64,000 bases of DNA, from assembly GCA_016215325.1 (NCBI GenBank), contig JACRJV010000007.1:3728-67727 (forward strand), given 5' to 3'. The first letter of the stretch is position 1. The number at the start of each line of letters is the position of its first letter. The translations under genes and the position numbers were made by a program. Positions 1 through 11,600 of the stretch are shown piece after piece. The DNA comes from Candidatus Uhrbacteria bacterium (GTDB lineage Bacteria; Patescibacteriota; Patescibacteriia; JACRJV01). The notes beneath the pieces were generated by a model. That model did no database searches and was not told the DNA's origin. It was given only the letters and a program-made list of their open reading frames with translations.

Positions 1-164
1 TCGCCGTCCACGACGCGCTCGACCACCACCCGCTCTTGTTGGCCGGATGGATTGGCGGGGGGAGCGTCTTTAGGTTGGACAAGCAGAAGTAAGCCGCCAG
101 CGATCACGGCGCCGATCATTCCGCTTACAACCATCGGAAAGATTTTTTCGAACAACATCGGCAT
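1..164 (-). CDS. thermonuclease (SNase-like) family protein, N-terminal part only; runs off the window edge
   Basis: Manual translation from ATG at 164: MPMLFEKIFPMVVSGMIGAVIAGGLLLLVQPKDAPPANPSGQQERVVVERVVDG; TM anchor followed by the SNase VxRVVDG(D) motif. Confidence 0.75.
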   Translation of the reverse strand, partial: MPMLFEKIFPMVVSGMIGAVIAGGLLLLVQPKDAPPANPSGQQERVVVERVVDG

Positions 165-168
165 GCCA

Positions 169-2547
169 CTAGGGTGTTACGGGGGGTTCTGGCAGAGGAA
201 TTTTTTCTTTGAGCGTACTGGATCCCGTGGTTCCCCGTCCCCCTTCTGTTGCGAGCTTGGTCACTTCCTCGATTTTCTTCATGAGCTGGGGGTTATTGGC
301 ATTATTCTTGAGGATCTCGTTGAGCTCGCTCAACTCATCGTCATACCGCTTCTGATCTTCGTAGAGCTGGGCCAAATACCACCGCGCATTGGCGTAATCG
401 CTTTTGGCCGCGATCACCGCATTCCATACTTTTTCGGCAAGGTCTTTCTGATTATTCTTGTAATAGAGGGCGCCGAGTTGGATGTGCAGCGGCAAATCTC
501 CCGGTCGCGTTCGCGAAAGCCCTTCCACGCGCTTGATGGCTTCGGAGAGTTTCCCGCGCCGCTCTTCGATGATGGCCATCTGGAAGTGCGCGCTCGCAAA
601 GCCCTCGTCCAGCTGCAATGCTTTCTTCAGGAGATCCTCGGCATCAATCAACGCATCGCTTATTTTCTTCTGGTTAGCCTTCTCTCCAGCCGCCCCTTCA
701 CGGTCCGCGCGCGTTACATAGATTGCGGCCAAGTCGGTCACATGAGTCGGATTATTGGGTTCGAGTTCGCGCAATTTCTCTAAGGATTTGATCGCTTCGT
801 CTTCCGCGCCTTCGACAAATGGGCTTAATTGCTGATAGAGTCCCGCCAATGCTTGCCAATTTGCGGCGCTGACGAGGTTTAACCGCGTCGCCTCACGGCC
901 GGCAACAATGGTATCACGAGCGAGCAACCGCAACTGGGTCATCCGTTCTTCGGAGTCTTTTTTATTCTGGAGCGTGTCCTGGAATTTGGCCAATTGTAAC
1001 GCGCCAACGGTACGGAAATACACATCACTCCAGGGGTACAGATTAATTGCGCGAGCAATCGCCGCACGCCGATCATCCAACCCGGCCCTCTGGTCTCGCG
1101 CGGCCAAGAATGCCCAGTCTGCCGCAATGCGCCGGTACGAAGCCCAGGTTAACAGCGGCGCCGATAAAAAGACAATGCACGCAACACTTAACACGGTCAT
1201 CCGAAGCCGCGGGGAGTCGGCCAAATCCCAAGTCTTAGACGTTGCCGACGGCGCCAATGCCCATAAGAGTCCCGCTGTCAGTAACCCAAACACGAACTCC
1301 AAGAGTATGGTGGTGGGCAACAACGCCAACAGCGCCAGCCCCACGGTCCAGCCAGATCCCAGCGTTATGAGGATCAGCCATCGTCGCTCAGCCGCGTGCC
1401 GGAACACGGCCTTGAGCATCGGGACGATGATCGCAAATAACCAGAATAACAGCCCGAGTACCGTTGCAACGATCCCGAGTTGTGCGAGATGCGTCCACAG
1501 CGACGAGCGGCTCCGATCAAACAGCACGCCAAAACTTTGCCGCAGTGCTTCGGCAGTATGATATTTATTCACATCAATCGAGAACGTCGACGGCCCAGAC
1601 CCAAACACCGGTGAATCCTTGAGAGTCTCTTGCACCACTGTCCGGCTTTCGCTCCAGCTCATAATAAGGATCGGTGGCAATCTTTGGACAAGGCGCGCCG
1701 GTATCATCACAAAAAACGCGGCCACCACAATCACGGCAAACACTACCACCCACCGATGGGTTTTGGTGAGCTCCTGCGCCCGGCCGATGATAATCATGTA
1801 CAGCAGGAGTTCGCTCACGGCCACCACCACCCAAATGAGCTTGATCCCAATCACAGCAATCACGCCCATCGAGGTGACAATGGTCGCAAGCAGCAGTACG
1901 GATACAGCGCTATGCCCTGCCTTTTGGAGGTTTTTAAGCGACCCATGCTCTCCGAGGCCCAAAATAAAAAACTTAGCGCTGGCAAGGATCAACGTGATGG
2001 CCGAAAATACGGCGAGCCCCACAATGTCGCCGGCCGGGGTAAACAGCGCCGTGCGGGTTGCTTCCCAGGGCAGCACAAAGACGCCGGCAATACCCAACAG
2101 GAACAATACTGATGTCACCAACGATGACAAAAGCAGCGCGAACAACGCCCCCAACCATTGCTGTTCATTCAATTCCTGCAGCGCCACCAATCCAATCAAT
2201 GCCACGGCAATCATGGTGGCCAAACTCCCCCATTCCTGTCCGTAGTCGCCCAGGAGGCTCGTGAACGGATGGACGCTCATGACAGTGCTGGCAATCGCCG
2301 CCACAAAAAACGCTACGATCCAACCCCATCCGCGCACCGGTAGCCACTGGAACTTCTGCTCCAATACCATCCGCGCCAACCAGAGCGTTGTCACCAGCAC
2401 CACGCCGACCAGTAATAGGCTTTGTTTGGGTAATTCAAACGCGTCGCTCATGCGGCCGCCGAAGGTCAGCGGCGCAAAAAAAATAATCGCGTACAGGATC
2501 CAGCGATTGACAGCGGCGAGAATCGTGGCGGGTTGAACACGTGGCAT
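169..2547 (-). CDS. polytopic membrane protein, O-antigen ligase/Wzy_C-like, with C-terminal TPR repeats
   Basis: About 12 hydrophobic helices, SPVFGSGPSTF loop, TPR-like helices (ALQLDEGFASAHFQMA, ANARWYLAQLYE). Start moved to ATG 2547 because the ORF-track extension runs through a repeat hairpin. Confidence 0.75.
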   Translation of the reverse strand: MPRVQPATILAAVNRWILYAIIFFAPLTFGGRMSDAFELPKQSLLLVGVVLVTTLWLARMVLEQKFQWLPVRGWGWIVAFFVAAIASTVMSVHPFTSLLGDYGQEWGSLATMIAVALIGLVALQELNEQQWLGALFALLLSSLVTSVLFLLGIAGVFVLPWEATRTALFTPAGDIVGLAVFSAITLILASAKFFILGLGEHGSLKNLQKAGHSAVSVLLLATIVTSMGVIAVIGIKLIWVVVAVSELLLYMIIIGRAQELTKTHRWVVVFAVIVVAAFFVMIPARLVQRLPPILIMSWSESRTVVQETLKDSPVFGSGPSTFSIDVNKYHTAEALRQSFGVLFDRSRSSLWTHLAQLGIVATVLGLLFWLFAIIVPMLKAVFRHAAERRWLILITLGSGWTVGLALLALLPTTILLEFVFGLLTAGLLWALAPSATSKTWDLADSPRLRMTVLSVACIVFLSAPLLTWASYRRIAADWAFLAARDQRAGLDDRRAAIARAINLYPWSDVYFRTVGALQLAKFQDTLQNKKDSEERMTQLRLLARDTIVAGREATRLNLVSAANWQALAGLYQQLSPFVEGAEDEAIKSLEKLRELEPNNPTHVTDLAAIYVTRADREGAAGEKANQKKISDALIDAEDLLKKALQLDEGFASAHFQMAIIEERRGKLSEAIKRVEGLSRTRPGDLPLHIQLGALYYKNNQKDLAEKVWNAVIAAKSDYANARWYLAQLYEDQKRYDDELSELNEILKNNANNPQLMKKIEEVTKLATEGGRGTTGSSTLKEKIPLPEPPVTP

Positions 2548-2560
2548 ACTGCGATAAAGA

Positions 2561-2630
2561 ATCCAGATGTTGTATATCAGATATTCGAGACGTGCTCTCC
2601 AATATCCAATATCCAATCTCTAATATCTCG
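2561..2630. repeat. heptamer tandem-repeat hairpin (GATATTG-like / CAATATC-like arms)
   Basis: gatgttg-tatatca-gatattc...tccaata-tccaata-tccaatc-tctaata. Confidence 0.6.
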
Positions 2631-2690
2631 TTATTGGGGATAATTCCACTATAGTATACCACAAAACGGTCAGTGTTACTGACCTTATAA

Positions 2691-5600
2691 TTACTCCTGC
2701 GCAACTGTCTCGGGTTGTGCCGGTGCTGGGGCAGACTCGGTCGCCGCGGCCTGTTCTACTGCCGCAGGCTCTGACTGGGCAGGTGCGGCTTCTGCGACAG
2801 GTTCGGGAGCGGGTGTCGGCTCTGGGGCTGGTGTTGGAGTAGGTTCAGAAGACGCTGTTGGCGTCTCTGTTATCGGGGGTTCCGGCAGCGCGGGCGTTTC
2901 GGTCACAACCGCTGGCTCTGGAGCGGGTTCGACCTCTGAAGCTTGAGAGGGGGGTTCCTCTATTTTTTTCTCAACCGGTGTTGTGGGGGGATCTTCCTCA
3001 ATTTCTTTGAGTGTAATGATCGGAGCAGGGGCCGACGCGCTCTGCTGCCGTACTTGCTGCTGCGATTGTTCCCGAATTCCCTGGATTTCCGCTCGCAAGA
3101 AGCTCAACTCTTCTTGGCTTGATCGCGTAGTCTCACCGGTTAAGCGATCGAGTCGCTGTTCAAACTGTTCCATGCGCTCGAATAATTTTTCGATCTGTGT
3201 TTGTTGGGCTTTAACGGCCGACAGTGTAAACGTGGCGAGTTTGTAGATGTCAACGCCTTTGCCGTCGATGCTCAATACTTCCAAGGGCGCTTCTTCGGCA
3301 ATGAGTCCCATCCGCAACGGCGCGGTGGCAGATTCTTCTTTATAGTGATACCGCGCGATATTCACATTGGCGAGCTTGGCCAAAATCGTCTTTTGATCCC
3401 CTTCGGTCAAATACTCAATGTCTTTCTTGGCTTCTTTTGTGGAAATATTCACAAAGCTCGTGGCGGCCACGTCGCCCATGACATGCAGCTTGTACTGGGG
3501 GTCTGTTGTGCCAATGCCGATATTGCCGTCATCGTCAAACGCCATTTGGCTTGATTCAATCCGATACTGCGGATTAAACCACACGACGATCTTGTTATCC
3601 GGTGATTGAGCGTTGTAGCTTTCGAGCGCCACGCCAACGGTCCATCCGCTGGTCTTGGCCTTCATGCCAACTCCGGCAATAGATGAAGTTGTAATCCGAT
3701 CACCGGCCGCAATGTCGCCGCCTTCGAGATTGACTTTTACCGGGATGCGCCCAGCTAGCACGATGGGTACTGGGTGTTCTTCTGTCGTGAACACCCCTTC
3801 ACCTAACACTTCTGAAAACGGATTAGTGGAAACGACACCCGTAATTGGAGCGTACACGGCTTGTGACTTTGCAACAGATGCTTTTGAACTTTGGCCGATC
3901 CGTTCTTGGACAAATTCTTGCGCCTCGCCGCTTATGGCCACAATATCGCCTGCTTCGAGCGTGCCGTCGCTCCCGTAGTACTCGGCCATGTCAGATCCGC
4001 CGGCGTTACAATCCCCAATGTTCACGAGCCCGGTTGCGGCATCGGCTCCGCTTTGGCAGACCCGCTGCGTATACGTTGTTGTATCATCAAGGTTGATTTG
4101 GAACGCAGTCAAACTCCCGGTCAAAATCGCGGTTCCTCCACTATCCTTAATGTTCACCGTGCCGTCGGAAGCATTATCAATCGTCTCGGAGTTTTGGAAT
4201 TTAATATCGTTAGTGATCCCAGCCCCACCGGTATTCGCAATCAATAACGCGTCGGTCACAACGGTAGAAGCGGGACCGGTTACGGCTGTATCAGCATTAT
4301 TCAAAACGAGCAATGCGCTCACGAAATTATCCGTAGTATTCGTTGTTGGCTGATTTTCAATCAACATGGCATATTCCACATTGTTGCTGACACTCGGCTG
4401 GTTGGTGAATTTGAAATAGTTTCCCACAATGGAGTTGGCTCCGCTTACTGCAGTGCTCGTTTGATTATTGTTGACGGTGAATACGCTCCCAGTCCACGAA
4501 TTACCGCTCTCTCCAGTGTCATTGCCAAAGGTCGCGGTCACAAGAGCAAGATTTAAATTACCGTTAGCGGCAAGCGACATTGGAGTGTTGTATCCATTAC
4601 CAAACTGATTATAGTCAAACCGAAGTTGGCTACCGCCCCCCTCTTGATTGGCGCTAAAGACCCTCCAATCCTGCGAATACGATGCGAGCCCTGGGCCTGG
4701 GTTCACCCACGAACTTCCATGAAACGTTAACGCGGGAGAATACTGCGCATCGTTTGTCGCCGTCGAAGCGGTGGTATTTTGCAACGTGATCCCCTGCACA
4801 GGTGTCCTATCCACCGAAGTGTCATTGGCGTTATCCGAAAACGCCACATTAACGCTTAAATTGGTATTATTGCCGATCTGGGTCACCATCCGTGTTTCAC
4901 CAGAAACCGTGATGCTGTCTCCAACCACCAACTCGGTAAGGAATGCAGTACCAACCCCAGTTACGTCCGTAGACGCTGTTGGGTCAATGCTTCCGGTTAA
5001 CACCGAAGTGGTAGAGCCGGTAGTAAAGACCCCTGAACCAACGACATCCAGTGCCGCCGTTGGCGTGGTGTCACCAATGCCCACATAGCCTCCGGCAAAA
5101 ATGGCTGTATAATTCGTGTCTGCCCCGGTGGGGGATGCCACATATAATCCGGTCTTCGTGGAGGTCCCGGTGGTGGTACTGGTTCCATCGGCAATATATA
5201 GGCCATAACTATTGATCGTTCCATTGGTTGTGAGGGTGGCGGTATTGGCAATATATTCGCCATACACATTCACCGTACTGCCGGTTGAGGAGGCAGTGGA
5301 TGATGGCGCAAGGTACGAGCCATACACGTTGGCTGTGCCGCCCGAGGATGCTCCAGACGTGGCTGGTTGAGAGCGAAGGCCATACACAGTACGCGTTCCT
5401 GTTGATATTGCGCCGGTGACACTCGTGGCAATATCCAAGGCCGCAATCGTATCGGCTGTGGTGGAGTTAGAAGTGACAGTCTGGTACAGACCATAGCCAT
5501 ACTTAGCGGCATTTCCGGTAAGCGCCAGAGAGCCGTAGTAGCCATAATCGGTGTTGGTATTGGCCGTTGAATCAGTCGCGGTGATGTTGAGGCCGTACCC

Positions 5601-8600
5601 CGTGACACCGCTGCCGGAGAAATCCGGCGCGCCATAGATGAGCGCCGCGCCAGAGCCGATGTCAGACGCCAAATTTACAACATGACTCGTAACACCGGTG
5701 GTGGTGGAGCCGGTAACACGAATGGCGGTGTCCCAGCCGCTGCCAATCTTCACCGCAGTTTCGGTGGCCGCGTTCGCGGTGATATCCCCAATATTCAACG
5801 CATTATATGTCCCCCCTTGAGGACCCGCAGGAACTAAATTAATTAAATTAATGGTGTCCCCGGCAGAACCATCAGAAGAAACGCTCGCGACCCGCAGTCC
5901 ATCCGCATTGATGGTGCCGTCCGTATACGCCGCGTTCCCTCCGCCGACCGAAATGTTCACCCCTCGCGAATTCACGGTGACACCGGCGACATCCGCTGAC
6001 ATTTGATTGGTAACATCGATGCCCGTCAATGTTTTAGTCCCTGAACCAGAGGCTGGTGTCCCAGGGATTGTTAATGACAACCCGGTAATCGCCGATGTGT
6101 TATCAAGAGTAAGATTTGAACTTAAATCCATTGCCATCCCCGTTATTGCTCCGCTTTGCGTGGTCGCAGAACCAAAGTCCGCGTTGATGAGCGAGCCAGT
6201 CGTCCACTCGGTTTCCAAGGCAAAATCGAGGAATGTTCCAGTGGTCGTGGGGCTAATGGTCAGCGCCCCGCTCATCCCCAGCGTCGTCACATCACTCACG
6301 GCCCCTGCGTTAATATCAATCCCATTAATGCTTTCATCCGTGGCTACCGTGAGTTGCCCAGAGGAGTTGATATAATATGAAGATGAGTGGAACTGTATGT
6401 CTCCTTTGGTGGAGTTAGAGGTGGAGATCAACAGAAGGTCATCGCCACTGCCAGAACCACCGACAAGATCTCCTTGGGTGCCATCAGCAAACAGAGCATA
6501 GTTGGTGGTGGCGCCAGAGGCGGAGAAGTAGCCACCGTAATTAGATGAGGTGGTTCCGGTGTTAGCAACGGTGGAATAGACTCCATACGCCGTGTGCGTG
6601 GCATTGCTGTTGGTACCAGAGCGAGTAAGTTTCAAAAGTGCGGTAGAGCCAGACCCACCGCCCACGGTAGAGGTTGATTCGATAAATACTCCGGTGCCCG
6701 TGGTCAGCCCGTCGGCAGAAATCTGAAGCGCGTCAGCCGTTGAAACAGAGTCAGCCGTAATCTGAGCCGCATCCGTGGTGTTGCCGGTGTAGGTTTGGAC
6801 GAAGGTGCCGGTGCCGGAGGCTAGGGCAAAATTCGCATTGGCATCAATAGTCGTACCGCCGAGCGTAACAGTGCTGTCAACGTTCAAAGTAGATGTGGTG
6901 GAAATAGCACCATCGGCAGTGATGGCTCCGATGCCGCTCATGTCCCCGGTGGTGTTGATGTCCCAGTCAGAGGAATCGATCGCAACAGTATCGCCGCTAT
7001 CGCCGAGATCAACTTGCCCATTGGCATCCAACGCTCCGGCAAGAGTGAGTCCCCCAGTGGAAGTAAAATCCGTACCAGCGTTTCCGATGTTTACGAGAAT
7101 GTTGGCACTAAGATCAATGCCGGTATCCCAACCAGAACCGATACTCAAAGCGGTTTCGGTGCCATTGCCAGCAGTGATATTGCCAATATTAATTCCATAC
7201 AATGTTCCCGCGCCCACTCCAGCAGCCGCGAGGTTGATAATATTTTGGGTCCCGGCGGTGGTGATCGTGCCATTGACAAGACGGATGCCGTTGGCCGTCA
7301 CAGTGTCGCCGGTATTCTGGGTAATGTTGGGCATGGTGATGTTGGCGCCTCGCCAGTTGATGATCGCGGCATTGGCTCCATCGGTAACAGACAGAGCGCC
7401 GGCAGCCGAGATATTGTAGCCGGTGTATGTGGTAGTGACGGCGGAGTCTGCGGCAGTCAAGGCATTCATCACAATGTCTGTGCCGGTGATGTCGAGATCT
7501 GCTGCTCCGGTTAAGTTCGTATCAAAATCAAATTTAAGGCCAGTGATATCCCCTCCAGATTGCGTGGTGACATTGGCAAAATCAGCATTAATAAGGGTGC
7601 CTTGGGTCCATTCAGTTTCGAGTTGATAATCCGTAAATGTGCCGGTGGTGGTTGGAGCGATGGTGAGCGCCCCGCTCATGCCCAACGTCGTCACATCACT
7701 CACGGCCCCAGAGCTCACATCGATGCCGTTGAGGGTTTCATCGGTCGCAAACGTCGCTTGTCCCGAAGAGTTGATAATGTAGCTGGACGAATGGAATTGA
7801 ATGTCGCCCTTGGTCGCATTGGAAGTGGAGACCAAGAGGAGATCATCGCCGGAACCTGTGCCGCCGACCAGATCGCCCTCGGTTCCGTTGGCGACGAGCG
7901 CATAATTCACGATCAATCCAGAGGCAGTCGAAGCCGCGAAGTACCCAGCAATGTTGGTACCGCTGGTGGCGTTGACATTAGTAACCGAGGAATAGATTCC
8001 ATAGGCTGTGTGAGCGCTATTGGCGTTAGTGCCAGAACGGGTCAGTGTGACGAGCGCGGTGTCATCTGATCCCGTACCTACTGTGGAAGTTGAAATAATA
8101 TTCAAAGCATTGCCTGTGGTTAAGCCACTGGCCGTGATCTGGAGCGCATCGGCAGTGGTCACAGAGCTCGCAGTAATCTGCGCCGCATCGGTGGTATCGC
8201 CAGTAAAAGTCTGCACAAACGTGCCAGTGCCAGAGGCAAGGGCAAAATTATTGTTCGCCGCTACAGTTGTGGCACCGGTCAAGGAGACGGGTCCGGTAAG
8301 GGTGATCGTTCCGCTGCTGCCGCCAATGCTAAACCGGCTTGAGCTGGTGTTTACATCGTAAATTTCAAACGCGTTGGCAATTGTGATCGATGAACCTGCG
8401 CGCCAATCGCTCGGGTAGCCGGTTTTAAATTCTATCGTCGCCGGATTTCCAATATCCGTCTTATCTAAGATAAGCATGTTATAGGAAGAGCTACGATCTC
8501 CACCCGAGTCTTTGATAACGAGGTTTGTGGTTGGCGTTGTCGTCCCAATACCAACGTATCCGGAACCTGGGCTTAATACCAGATCATCGCCAGAACTCGT

Positions 8601-11600
8601 AACAATTTCAACTGCGGTGTTGGTATCTTCGTCCAGATCAAATGTTAATGTATTCGTGCCATCGGAAAAAGAAAGCTCGGTGTCTGTAGAATTGACGATT
8701 GTCTCGCCATTTCCCAGAGTGAGCGTACCGTCCAATCGTGTGGTCCCCGCATCCACCCACAAGGCATAGGCATTGGTGATGGTGGCAGGCCCAGCGCCCG
8801 CGCCCGTAGGCGCATTGGCAATATAGAGTGATGCCGCATTGGTTACCGTAAGAGTAGAGGCAGCGGAGAGTGTCGATTGAGCAATATTCAGAAGATTAAA
8901 CCCCGTGGCAGTCGTGATATTTGTAGAGCCAGTGATGGTGGCGGTTGCCGCAGAAAGATCGATGCCGTTCCAAGTGGCGCTGGCGCCTGAGGCAATAGTT
9001 TCGTTACCAGAAATCGCAGGATTTGTGATGGTGGCAGTATTGATCGCAGGACTAGTTAATGTTTTGTTTGTAAGAGTATCAGTAGTCGCTCGACCGACAT
9101 AGGTGTCCGTTCCTTGGAAGGTGATTGTTGTGGAATCCGTACCAGCGAGAGTCAAAGAGTTACTCGCCGTCAGCGTCTTACCATCGGCGATCGTGAGTGT
9201 GCCAGTGGATGCTGTTACTGTAAGTCCGTTGATTGTCTTATTCGTCAGCGCCTCTGCACCCGCAAGAGTGGCGAGCGTACCGGTCGTTGGAAGAGTAACG
9301 TTTGTTGCTCCGGTTGTTGTGAGTGTAAGAGAGTTCGCCCCAGAGGTAATGAGTGCTCCGGCAGTGGTGAGGTTCCCAGCCAAGTTAATCGTGCGAGCCG
9401 CATCGTTGGTGGTGATTGTCAGTATTCGGCCAGCTGTAAGATTCTCAGTGTTGGCAAGAGTGAGATCAAACGCGCCGGTGCCGGTGGAACGAATGCCTAA
9501 GGACGTGAGTGCGTCAGCAGTGCCGCCGTTGATATCTGGACTGGTCAGCGTTTTGTTCGTCAATGTATCGGTCGTGGCACGGCCAACTAGCGTATCAGTT
9601 CCGGTGGGAATCGTGATGGTGCCGCTATTAGAGATGGAGGCGATCACTGGGGTTGTGAGGGTTTTGTTGGTGAGCGTATCGGTTGTCGCGCGGCCGACAT
9701 ACGTGTCTGTTCCCTGAAATGTGATGGTTGTCGCATCTGTTCCTGCCAATGTGAGTGAATTGCTCGCGGTTAAGGTCTTCCCATCCGCGATCGTCAACGT
9801 GGCCGAAGTGGTCGGCGCGGTAATGGCGACCTTATTAATGGATGTTGCAGAAGCAACGCCTAAAGTCGGAGTAACGAGGGTCGGAGACGTCGAAAAGACG
9901 AGATTCGTGCTCGTGGTTCCTGTTGTTCCGCCCGCAGAGGAAAGATAGTTCAACTGTGTTCCCGTCGACGTAACCGATGTTGCTCCAAGTGTAAACGGTG
10001 TGGGAATGGTGACCGTGCCGGTGAAGGTGGGGCTTTCTAAAAATGCAAATGTTTTCCGTGCTGCGCCGGTCGTGATGGTGCCGTAATACGCATCGGTCAA
10101 GAATTCCACGGCCCCGGCTTCGGCAGTGGTCATCAGTGACCCAGAGTTAAACTTGAGCGGCGCTGTGGAAGCGCTGGTGGTGCCAGCTTTGAGGTGAAGG
10201 ACAGCAGTGGGGGTTGTGACCCCGATGCCGACATTTCCATCAAAACGCACAGCCCCATCATCCACCCATAACGCATAGGCATTGGTGATGGTGGCTGGCC
10301 CAGCGCCTCCGCCCGTGGGGGCATTGGCAATATATGCTGTTGCGGCATTCGTCACAGTTAATGCTGAAGCTGCCGAGAGTGTTGGTTGGGCAATATTCAA
10401 CAGATTAAACCCAGCGGCTGTCGTGATGTTGGTGGAGCCGGTGATGGTGGCTGTGGCCGCAGAAAGATCGATCCCGTTCCAGGTGGCACTCGCACCAGAG
10501 GCGATCGTTTCGTTGCCAGAGATCGCGGGGTTGGTAATGGTAGCGGTATTAATCGCAGGACTGGTCAATGTCTTGTTCGTGAGCGTATCCGTGGTGGCTC
10601 GACCGACAAGCGTATCTGTTCCGGTGGGGATCGTGATAGTACCGGAGTTGGAAATGGAAGCGATCACGGGAGTTGTGAGTGTTTTGTTGGTGAGCGTATC
10701 CGTCGTCGCCCGGCCAACATACGTGTCTGTTCCTTGAAAGGTGATTGTTGTCGCATCTGTTCCTGCCAATGTGAGTGAATTACTCGCAGTCAACGTTTTC
10801 CCATCGGCGATCGTGAGGGTGGCCGATGTTGCCGGCGCGGTAATCGCCACCTTGTTGATTGAGGTTGCGGATGCAACGCCTAGTACGGGGGTAACAAGCG
10901 TCGGGGTTGTGGCAAATACCAGCGCTCCAGAACCGGTTTCATCGGTGAGTTGTCCTGAAATGCCCGAAGATGCGGTAGTAGCGGTCACGGCACTCGTGCC
11001 ATTGCCGATTAAGATGCCTGAGAGCGTCCCCGCTCCAGTACCTCCTTGAGCAACCGCTAATGCAGTGGTTAATCCCGAAATCGACGTGATGTCCGAATTT
11101 GCTCCCGATGCGGCGGCGCCTAAATTTGCTCGCGCATTCGCGGCGGTTGTTGCGCCAGTGCCGCCGTTAGCCACTGCAATCGTCGTCCCATTCCAGGTCC
11201 CGGCCGTGATCGTCCCAACCGTCGCAATGTCGGTACCCACCAGTTTTGAAGCCGCAATCGAGCCCGTGAGCATGCCATTCGTGACCGATCCGGTATCACC
11301 AGTGGTGACAATAGTACCACTGACATTGGGAATGCTCAGCGTTCGGGTTGCCCCCGCGCTTACACCGGAGATTTGGAATGCGAGTTGCTTGGTTGTGTCG
11401 CTATCGTCTTGGATAACGAAGTTTGTATCTTTCAACGTCGCTGCGTTCGTATTATCAATCGTCTTGTTGGTGAATGTTTCACTACCGGCAAGGGTCGCAA
11501 TAGTGCCGGTGGTCGGCAAGGTGAGGGTCGTCGCCCCCGTTGTTGCGAGCGTTAGGGCATTCGCTCCGGATGTCGTGAATGCCCCCGCAAGCGTGAGATT